From: Giardia intestinalis
Taxonomy: Eukaryota
Assembly (NCBI GenBank): GCA_000002435.2
Contig: CM018792.1
Strand: one strand, 5' to 3'
Length of the DNA: 64,000 bases
Part shown: in pieces, positions 49,674 through 56,547 of the stretch
Layout of the letters: every line of letters starts with the position of its first letter
Numbering within the stretch: position 1 is the stretch's first letter
Position numbers and translations under genes: made by a program
The notes under the pieces: generated by a model
What the model saw: only the letters and a program-made list of their open reading frames with translations
Told to the model about the DNA's origin: nothing
Databases searched by the model: none

Positions 49674-50611
49674 ATACCAAACCTTTGTGATAGTTTTCTT
49701 GCCCGTTCCATGTCCATGCTTAGTACAGTTGATAGTCCTTTCCAAATGACAGGGTCGAACTCATGTTGGTAAGCAGAATCTACTTGATCATCTGATTGCT
49801 GCGTATCCGAAAAACAAATTGTTGACCTAACATATAAAGACTCATATTCGTGCTTATTAAGGTCTATTTGTAGACCATGAATTGCGTAAAGTCGTTGCTG
49901 TTCTATCTTATCTGTGTATCTTCTTATCGTAATTAATCCTTCTGCATACAATTGCGCTATATCAAAGATAGCATGCACCGTTCGAGTAAAGTCTGTTGGG
50001 CTGAGAAATACGAAGGCCAGGGGGTAGAAGCCGCGGCGCGAGAGCTCCGTGACCCGCGCGAGGAGCCCCTGCTTCCGGCGCTCCTGGAGCTCGGCGCCGC
50101 ACATCGCGAGGGCCTCGTAGCGCCGCCGCTCGACGGCCTGCGCGCCGGAGGGCTCTGCCTCCCGGGGCCGCGGGGGAGCCCTGGGGGCTGCGGGCCCTGC
50201 GGTGCCGGCGGCGCACCCCGCGTACAGCGAGGCCGCGAGCTCGGGCGGGAAGCGGGCGGCGTACCCGGCCTGGAACGCGTCGGCGAGGAGGCGCAGGTCG
50301 ACGCGCGGCGGGTCTGCAGGGGCCCCGGCCCGGGGGAGGAGCCGCAGCTGGCCGCGGAGGAAGCCGGCGCCCTGGTCCTCGGCCGCCCGGGCCACCCGCG
50401 CCTCCAGGCTCCGGGCAGACAGGCGCACCGTGGCGGACAGCGCGGCCTCCGTCTGCAGCATCAGGCCGACGTCCCCCCGGGGCTGGGCGGCGTAGGACTC
50501 GTAGCCGTCCCGGAGCTCGGCCAGGAGCGCCGTGACCGCCGCGTGGTCCCGGGCCTGCGCGGCCGCCTGCACCCGGGCGGAGACGCTCGCGAGGCGCGCA
50601 CGGGGCTCCAT
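49667..50611 (-). CDS. hypothetical protein, 315 aa, spanning the island boundary: the N-terminal about 200 aa are encoded in about 80% GC DNA and the C-terminal about 110 aa in normal-composition DNA
   Basis: An in-frame ATG at 50609-50611 is preceded by an AT-rich patch inside the island. GC3 periodicity is strong up to ...GGC TTC TAC CCC CTG GCC TTC and then becomes GTA TTT CTC AGC CCA ACA... The upstream extension in the six-frame track (to 52009) is Arg/Pro/Gly junk. Confidence 0.55.
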   Translation of the reverse strand: MEPRARLASVSARVQAAAQARDHAAVTALLAELRDGYESYAAQPRGDVGLMLQTEAALSATVRLSARSLEARVARAAEDQGAGFLRGQLRLLPRAGAPADPPRVDLRLLADAFQAGYAARFPPELAASLYAGCAAGTAGPAAPRAPPRPREAEPSGAQAVERRRYEALAMCGAELQERRKQGLLARVTELSRRGFYPLAFVFLSPTDFTRTVHAIFDIAQLYAEGLITIRRYTDKIEQQRLYAIHGLQIDLNKHEYESLYVRSTICFSDTQQSDDQVDSAYQHEFDPVIWKGLSTVLSMDMERARKLSQRFGIQ

Positions 50612-50653
50612 CGGACGGGGCGGAATTTTGCCGGCCGGCCAAAAATTCACTCG
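50612..50653. promoter_or_regulatory. 42-bp divergent promoter inside the GC island, with two AT-rich initiator patches flanking GCCGGCCGGCC (aattttgccggccggccaaaaatt)
   Basis: These are the only AT-rich nucleotides for kilobases. They sit exactly between two divergent ATGs, at 50611 on the minus strand and 50654 on the plus strand. Confidence 0.55.
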
Positions 50654-51793
50654 ATGGACTGCATCGGCCGCGGCGTCCTCCTCCCCCCGGGCGGGGCGTG
50701 CTCGTGCGGGGCGCTTCTGGCGGAGCTGCAGCGGGTCTGCCCCCTCCTCGCCGCCTCCCCGGGGGTCTGCGCCGCGCCCCGGGCCCTTGCGTGCTGCCAC
50801 CAGCCCCCGTGCCTCGAGATCGCGCCGGCGCCGGCCACCCCGCGCAGCGCCGTCCGGGTCCCTGGGTCCGCGTGCACGGCTCCACCGCCCGCCGCAGGGC
50901 CCCCGGAGGCCGCCCCGGCCGAGAGCGTCCAGGTGACCCTCAGCGCCCAGCGCGAGTCGTTCGTGATGCAGACGATGCGGCAGGCGCACTACGGCGGCGG
51001 AGAGGCCCCCGCGAGGGCGGAGAGCGCCCGCCTGCCCGCCCCGCAGGCCTCGGACCCGAGGGAGGCCCGGCGGAGCCACGCGTCCCGCCCGCGGACGGCC
51101 GGCCCCCGCCTCCCCGCCTGCCCCGAGGAGCCCCCCGGCAGGGTCCAGTTCCGGGGCGCCCCCGAGGCCCCGCCCCTGCGCTGCGAGCCGGCCCCGCCCT
51201 CCGAGTTCAGCGACTTCGGGTGCGAGCTGCTCGCGGCGGGCCAGCCCGAGGACCGGCGGGTCTGCGGCGCCCCGTGGGTGGACGCGCAGGACCTGCTGAG
51301 CGACGGCTCCGAGCACAGCGAGTTCTACCGCCTCGTCGAGAGGGAGCTCGCGCGGCTTCCGGAGCCCGCGGCCCCGGCCCTCCCGGAGAGCGAGCCCTCG
51401 CTGGACGCGCTGCCCGTGCACGCCTCGCCCCGGGGCCCGCAGATCATCGAGCCCACGCCGGCCGCCCTGCAGGAGCCAGAGGAGCCCGCGCCCCCGCAGC
51501 CCCCCACGCCGGGCCGCTCCGACAGCGTCTCGGCAGACATCACGGAGTCGCTCCTCGTGGAGGGCCGGCCCCTGCCCGACCGCCCCCCGGGCCCGGAGCC
51601 GTCCGAGGGCAGCGCCGGGTACAGCGGAGAGGCCTTCGACAGCTCCGGCTCGCCCCGGGGCCTGACCGACGAGGCCGCGGGGTCTGCGGGCCTGGACGAG
51701 GAGGACCTGCTGGGGTCCGTCGGCGGGGACCTGCGGGCGCTGCTCATGGACAGCGGGTCCGGGTCGCTGTCTGCGGGGGCCTGGCCGGAGTGA
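50654..51793 (+). CDS. GC-island gene: Cys-containing N-terminus and an acidic Pro/Glu/Ser-rich disordered C-terminus, about 379 aa
   Basis: Strong GC3 periodicity in this frame. The ATG follows ccaaaaattcactcgATG. The TGA stop is embedded in AGTGAAC at 51789-51795. The upstream part of the tool ORF (49952-50653) is antisense to the previous gene and is rejected. Confidence 0.55.
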   Translation: MDCIGRGVLLPPGGACSCGALLAELQRVCPLLAASPGVCAAPRALACCHQPPCLEIAPAPATPRSAVRVPGSACTAPPPAAGPPEAAPAESVQVTLSAQRESFVMQTMRQAHYGGGEAPARAESARLPAPQASDPREARRSHASRPRTAGPRLPACPEEPPGRVQFRGAPEAPPLRCEPAPPSEFSDFGCELLAAGQPEDRRVCGAPWVDAQDLLSDGSEHSEFYRLVERELARLPEPAAPALPESEPSLDALPVHASPRGPQIIEPTPAALQEPEEPAPPQPPTPGRSDSVSADITESLLVEGRPLPDRPPGPEPSEGSAGYSGEAFDSSGSPRGLTDEAAGSAGLDEEDLLGSVGGDLRALLMDSGSGSLSAGAWPE

Positions 51794-51816
51794 ACTCGGG
51801 AGAGCCTTTTTATTGA

Positions 51817-54327
51817 ATGGATTCTGCGCCACTCGCCGTCGCGATCCGGGAGCACGTCCCGGGCCCGAGGCCCCCGCCGCGGCCGTCCGGGGGGCGGTCC
51901 CTCTTCGCGCAGGCCGTGGCCGCCGGGGCCGGACAGACCGGGAGGCCCTTCGCCCTCGGGCAGCCCCCGCCGCGCGCCCCGGCCCCAGCGCCGCCCCGGG
52001 GCCCCCCACCGCCCCCCGCCGCAGAGGACCCGGGCGGGCCCCTCCTCGGGTACGGGGGCGCCGCAGACCCGGAGGCCGTCCCGTTCTGCAGCGCGGCGGA
52101 CATCGGGCTCCTCTGCCGGTCGACGAACCCCGCCCAGCGCGAGTACGGGCTCCGGATGCTCGCGAACGCCGTCGCGCTCCGGCGCGTCCGGGACGGCGGC
52201 GCCCCCGACCCCGTCCTCGAGGCCCTGCTCTGCCTCCCCGCCGACCCGCACGCGTGCCCCTCGTCTGCCGGCCACCTCCTCCTCCTGGGCCTGCGGGACG
52301 CCCTGGAGTCCGGGAGCCCCGGCCTCCTCGACGCCGCCCTCTCCGGCCTCGCCACGGTCTTCGTCGCCGACGAGGGCTTCCTCAGCGAGACCGTCCACGT
52401 CGGGGCCGCGCTGCTCGGGCTGACGTCCAGCTCGGTCGCCTTCCCCCTCGGCTCCCTGCTGCGGCGGCTCGTCGAGCACGGGCTCCCGGGGCTCCTGGGC
52501 CAGGCCCTCGACGCCGCCGCGCGCGCAGACGAGCGGCGCCGGGAGCGGCTCGCCCACAGCGCGTACCTGCTGGCCGAGCGCGTGCTCATCGGCTGCTGCC
52601 CCGCAGACGAGCCCCCGGAGACCGCCGCCGGCCTGCGGGCCCTCGCGGAGCGGCTCCTCGCGGCGCTCCTGGGCGAGCTCGCCGGGCTGGCGGAGACGGG
52701 GGCCTTCCTGACGACCGCCTCCCGCGTCGCCCTCCGGACGCTCTGCTACGACCACGTCCTCGACGGCCACGCGCTCGGCCGGGACGCCGTCGCCCTCCTC
52801 GTCGAGTCCCTCGAGGCGTTCGTCGGGGCGCTCCCCGGCCAGGACGAGGCGGTCCGCACAGAGCTCCTCTCGGCCGCCACGCTCCACTACCTCCTCGTCG
52901 CCCGGGTCCTGCGGGGGAGCCCCGAGCTCTGCGCCCTGCACGCGGCCGTCTCTGCGACGTGCGCCGCCGCCCTGGAGCGCCACGCCCCGGCCGCCCCCGC
53001 GGAGCTCAGCGCGCTCCTCGTCCTGCTCCGGATCCTCCGGGCCCGGGCCGCCGTCCCCCGCGCGCGCCTGGGGCTCTCGGAGGCATGCTTCCGGCGGCTG
53101 GTCGACTGGCGGGCCCCGCCCGAGGCCGGGGGCTTCGCGCTGCCCCAGGGGCCCTCCGCGGCGTTCGCCCCGTTCTACGCCCTCGCGGCCGTCCAGTGGC
53201 GCGGCCCGGGCGAGTGGGGCGCGGCGGAGGCCTGGGTCGGCTGCGTGATGGACGTCCTCGCCAGCGGGCCCCCGGTCGCGCGCTGGGCGCCCCCGGCCGT
53301 CGACGCCCACCGGCGGGCAGGCGTGCTCCCGTGCGCGGTGACCGACGCAGGGGTCGCCCTCGCGCTCCTCGTCGCGGCCCTGGCGGCCGTCTGGGGCCCC
53401 GGGCTCCCGTTTGCCGCCGGCCTCGCCGAGCGGGTCGGGGAGCGCCTGGCAGGGCTCCCGGCCGAGTTCCGGTTCGTCGTCGCGTTCCCGCTCGCCCGGC
53501 TCCTCCCCCCGCTGCCCGCTATCGAGTGCGGGCTCTACCCGAACGCGGCGCTCCTCGGGGCGCTCCGGGCCGTCACGGGCCACCCGGGCTACGACCCCGC
53601 GGCAGAGGCGCTTGCGCACGTCGACGCCCGCTGCCCGTGCCCCGCGCTCGCGGCCCTCCACGCGGCGTGCGTGCTCGCCTCGGACGGGATGCGGCGCGAC
53701 GGGGCGTGGCGGCTCGCGGTCCTCCGGCTCGCGCTGCAGCGCCTGGCCGGGCTGGAGACCGCAGGGGCCGCCCGGGGCCGCGTCCTCGCGTACGGGCTCC
53801 TCTGCGTCCTCGACACGCTGACGGGCGTCTGTCGCCTCCCCCCGGACGCCGCGGCCCTCCTCGCGGAGACGCTCGCCGGGGTCCTCCGCCTCGCCCGCGC
53901 AGGCCCCGCCCCCGCCGCCGAGCTCCTCTACGCAGCGCCCGCCGGGGGGCTCCGGACGCTCGACGCCGCCGCCGGCGCGTTTGTCGAGGGCCTCCACGGG
54001 GGCGCGGCGGTGCTCCCCGAGGCCCCGCTCGTCTACCTCGCGCTCCTCCACCCGCAGCTCGTCCCGGACCCCCGCCGCCGGGCAGAGCTCTGGTCCGGGC
54101 TCGCGCTCCTGCGGCTCGACTTCGCGGCGCTCGACGGGGGCCTCCTCGCGGGGCTCTGCGAAGACGACCCCGCGCCCGTCCTCGCGTGCCTCGCGTGCTA
54201 CGAGCGCCGCGCAGAGACCGCCCTGTCGCGCCGCGTCCTCGCCCGGTACGCAGAGGCCCACCGGGGGCAGAGGCCCGACCGGGTCGTCGTCGCGGCCGTC
54301 GAGGAGGCCCTCCGACCAGCGGGCTAG
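51817..54327 (+). CDS. GC-island gene: Leu/Ala-rich alpha-helical repeat protein, 836 aa
   Basis: Of the overlapping frames, only this one shows codon-position asymmetry (GC3 about 95%, GC2 mixed) and a protein-like composition (L, A, E, D, V). The competing frames translate to Arg/Pro/Gly strings. The AT-rich leader ctttttattgaATG lies upstream. Confidence 0.7.
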   Translation: MDSAPLAVAIREHVPGPRPPPRPSGGRSLFAQAVAAGAGQTGRPFALGQPPPRAPAPAPPRGPPPPPAAEDPGGPLLGYGGAADPEAVPFCSAADIGLLCRSTNPAQREYGLRMLANAVALRRVRDGGAPDPVLEALLCLPADPHACPSSAGHLLLLGLRDALESGSPGLLDAALSGLATVFVADEGFLSETVHVGAALLGLTSSSVAFPLGSLLRRLVEHGLPGLLGQALDAAARADERRRERLAHSAYLLAERVLIGCCPADEPPETAAGLRALAERLLAALLGELAGLAETGAFLTTASRVALRTLCYDHVLDGHALGRDAVALLVESLEAFVGALPGQDEAVRTELLSAATLHYLLVARVLRGSPELCALHAAVSATCAAALERHAPAAPAELSALLVLLRILRARAAVPRARLGLSEACFRRLVDWRAPPEAGGFALPQGPSAAFAPFYALAAVQWRGPGEWGAAEAWVGCVMDVLASGPPVARWAPPAVDAHRRAGVLPCAVTDAGVALALLVAALAAVWGPGLPFAAGLAERVGERLAGLPAEFRFVVAFPLARLLPPLPAIECGLYPNAALLGALRAVTGHPGYDPAAEALAHVDARCPCPALAALHAACVLASDGMRRDGAWRLAVLRLALQRLAGLETAGAARGRVLAYGLLCVLDTLTGVCRLPPDAAALLAETLAGVLRLARAGPAPAAELLYAAPAGGLRTLDAAAGAFVEGLHGGAAVLPEAPLVYLALLHPQLVPDPRRRAELWSGLALLRLDFAALDGGLLAGLCEDDPAPVLACLACYERRAETALSRRVLARYAEAHRGQRPDRVVVAAVEEALRPAG

Positions 54328-54334
54328 CGTTCAC

Positions 54335-55264
54335 TCAATCAGGGGCACCTGACCCCAGGGCGGCCCGCAGGCCCGCGACCTCCCCCCGGAGCCGGGCGAC
54401 CTCGTCCTCCAGGGCCTTGAAGCGCAGGGCCGTCGCGACCGCAGGCGCCCCGCCCTCTGCGTCGAGGAGCTCCACGAGGGCCGCGGCGGTGAGGCGGCGC
54501 TCCGGCTCCAGGACGAGGAGGTGGGCGAGGACGCCCCGGACGACGGGGTCCCCGACCGCGCCCAGGTCCGGCCGCCAGCCCGCGACGTAGACCTCCGCGG
54601 GGGCCCGCCCGGAGAGGAACGGGGGCCTGCCGCCCGCCGCGAGCTCGTAGGCGACCATCCCGAGGCTCCACATGTCCGCGGCCGGCGTGTGGCTCCCGCC
54701 CCGCAGGACCTCCGGCGCGGCGTAGACGGGGACGGCCATGGAGGCGAGCCCCCCGGGGCCCTCCCTGCAGAGCCCGAAGTCGGAGATGGCGAACTCCGCC
54801 CCGGCCTCGTCGAGGAGGACGTTCGCGGGCCGCAGGTCGCAGTGCGTGAGGGCGGGGAGCGGGGCGCCCGCGGCGTCGGTCTTCCCGGGCCGGTGGAGGT
54901 AGGCGAGCCCCGCGCCCACCTGGCGGAGGACGGCGACGACCATCTCGCGCGGGGCGAGCTGCCTTCTGCGGCGGAGGCTCCGGATGGCCCCGTCGAGGGA
55001 GCCTGCGTAGCGCCGCATCTCGACGTAGATGTAGCCCTCGTGCCGGACGACGCGCCCGTACTCGACGACGTTCGGGTGGCGGAGGCGCGGGAGGGTCCGG
55101 AGCTCGAGCTCGAGCGAGGCCTGCGCGTCGGGGGGCAGCCCGTCGGTCGGGATCTCCTTGACCGCCCTGTCGGGGGCGCTCTTCAGGCCGTAGACGGTCC
55201 CGTGGGCCCCGCTCCCGAGCTCTGCGCCCAGGTCTTCGAGGAGGGCGTCGATGGCCTCGGACAT
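54335..55264 (-). CDS. GC-island gene: protein kinase with an intact catalytic core and a C-terminal coiled coil, 309 aa
   Basis: Contains GSGAHGTVY, VKEI, HCDLRPANVLL, SDFGL and APE motifs, with GC3 near 100%. The initiator gattaaaaagATG sits in the AT-rich flank. The TGA stop is embedded in AGTGAAC on the minus strand (54335-54329). Confidence 0.85.
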   Translation of the reverse strand: MSEAIDALLEDLGAELGSGAHGTVYGLKSAPDRAVKEIPTDGLPPDAQASLELELRTLPRLRHPNVVEYGRVVRHEGYIYVEMRRYAGSLDGAIRSLRRRRQLAPREMVVAVLRQVGAGLAYLHRPGKTDAAGAPLPALTHCDLRPANVLLDEAGAEFAISDFGLCREGPGGLASMAVPVYAAPEVLRGGSHTPAADMWSLGMVAYELAAGGRPPFLSGRAPAEVYVAGWRPDLGAVGDPVVRGVLAHLLVLEPERRLTAAALVELLDAEGGAPAVATALRFKALEDEVARLRGEVAGLRAALGSGAPD

Positions 55265-55268
55265 CTTT

Positions 55269-55595
55269 TTAATCCGCGACTGGGCGATTGGGTGGGCTCA
55301 ATCGCTTGGGCTCAGATCGGGGCCTGTATAGATTCACCGAACAGATATGACAATTAGCGCACTTACTACCTAAGTTACGTCTTCCTGCAGCAGAAAAATC
55401 CAATGAGACCACCGCGCTCTTAGTAATATTAGAATTTGCGCATTTTGTCTTATCGTTATTAGAGTCAAAGATTTTTATCCTGGCACAATTATTGGATCTG
55501 TCCTTGTAGTTAGTAGTGGAAAATCCCACTCCACATGATGTTTGTGCCCATATAAACTGGATAATTAAGGCAACAAACACAAATCTGCCAAGCAT
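55269..55595 (-). CDS. possible small secreted Cys-containing protein, 108 aa, with a signal-peptide-like N-terminus (MLGRFVFVALIIQFIWAQTSCG)
   Basis: An ORF in the AT-rich gap next to the island. No initiator or polyA motif was found, so this is speculative. Confidence 0.25.
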   Translation of the reverse strand: MLGRFVFVALIIQFIWAQTSCGVGFSTTNYKDRSNNCARIKIFDSNNDKTKCANSNITKSAVVSLDFSAAGRRNLGSKCANCHICSVNLYRPRSEPKRLSPPNRPVAD

Positions 55596-56034
55596 TAAGG
55601 GATAAGCTGCTGCACAAAGGCCTTAGCTTAAAAGGAATGAAGTTGCTCTCCGTAAATCTCTGACTGAGAGTCTCTCTACCGCGGTCGATCATATCGCTCA
55701 TTTTCGAAGGTCTGCTTTCCCTATAAATATGTTAATGATACCGTGAAAATTTAGTTTGTTGCAAAATTTGCTTTGAGAGATATGCTGGTCAGGTTCCTTA
55801 TTCCTTAATTAATCTGTAGCTCAATATCGTATGAATTGCGGGTTAGTAATAAAGCTGATCAAGTGGTAAAATGCATGCATAATCAAGGGAAGCTGTTACG
55901 ATAGAATCCTGAAAAAAGTGTTATTACACCGTAAGCACCCGATGAAACCAACCAAAGTAGAGAACAACTTGGCTATTTGCTAAATAAAATAGAGGGAGTT
56001 CTAAATACATTTAGGTCAGTAACGGATGGAGCTG

Positions 56035-56508
56035 CTACTCAGAAAAGGGTAGTGATCCCGGGCGCAAAGCTGACAACATAGCTAAAAGTAAAAACGAGGG
56101 AAACGTTATTGAAACTGTCGCCGCATACGTTATGATAATGAAGACGCCACCCCCACGTATCATGGCCATGTACTCCAGTCCGGCTATGTCGACCATGAAA
56201 ATCAAGCTTCCTGTGGAGACAACGCAAAAGGTGCTTCCATTATAAAGGTAGAACCTTTTCTGTGCTTCAGGACCCTGTTGAAAACATCGAAGCAGAGCAA
56301 GGATAGATTCTTCAGAGGTCTCCCTTGGTGGCTTGATGACTGATATTCTCACATTTGTTGCGTGGTCTGCATCTGGACCTTCACTCTTTACAAGCTGCTT
56401 AGAGGTGTAAACTGGAACCTCCGTCACTATACAGAGCGATGTGAGGAATATACAATGATCCAGAAAGCTCTGGACAAACTTATTATAAACATGACTGACA
56501 GATGCCAT
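56035..56508 (-). CDS. hypothetical protein, 157 aa, with a hydrophobic C-terminus
   Basis: An ORF with the good initiator ctaatgaaaaATG. Composition is unremarkable and no homology was seen. Confidence 0.35.
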   Translation of the reverse strand: MASVSHVYNKFVQSFLDHCIFLTSLCIVTEVPVYTSKQLVKSEGPDADHATNVRISVIKPPRETSEESILALLRCFQQGPEAQKRFYLYNGSTFCVVSTGSLIFMVDIAGLEYMAMIRGGGVFIIITYAATVSITFPSFLLLAMLSALRPGSLPFSE

Positions 56509-56547
56509 TTTTCATTAGCCAAAAACAACAACTAATTCACAGAACCA

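Larger units (their letters stand above)
50013..55264. other. compositional island of about 78% GC, 5.25 kb, with razor-sharp boundaries, containing four GC3-saturated protein-coding genes
   Basis: The left edge falls inside an ORF at about 50,010-50,015, where codon third positions switch from A/T-rich to nearly 100% G/C. The right edge falls exactly at the kinase ATG (55,264), followed by AT-rich DNA. Every frame stays open across the island, because stop codons are rare in GC-rich DNA. Confidence 0.9.

Noticed and set aside
49952-50653. N-terminal third of the plus-strand ORF 49952..51793 (MRYIKDSMHRSS…)
   Set aside because: It is antisense to the better-supported minus-strand gene 49667..50611 and has a junk composition. 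The real plus-strand gene most likely starts at the ATG at 50654, just after the AT-rich patch.
50612-52009. Upstream extension of the minus-strand ORF to 52009 (780 aa)
   Set aside because: It is an Arg/Pro/Gly-rich read-through antisense to the plus-strand island genes. The in-frame ATG at 50611, which has an AT-rich patch, is the plausible start.
51325-54590. Very long ORFs on both strands in the GC island (51813..54590 plus strand, 925 aa; 51325..54261 minus strand, 978 aa; 50698..51816 plus strand; 49962..50885 minus strand; 53573..54334 minus strand; 51810..52589 minus strand; and several ORFs of 75-140 aa)
   Set aside because: They translate to Arg/Pro/Gly/Ala strings and lack codon-position GC asymmetry. 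GC-rich DNA has few stop codons, so all six frames stay open. Only the frames with GC3 far above GC2 and a protein-like composition were kept.
49990-55300. GC-rich block as an rDNA unit or another structural RNA. Diplomonad rDNA is known to be extremely GC-rich.
   Set aside because: No conserved SSU/LSU motifs, such as the GCCAGCAGCCGCGGTAAT core, are present. The block instead shows clean protein-coding periodicity and a recognisable kinase.
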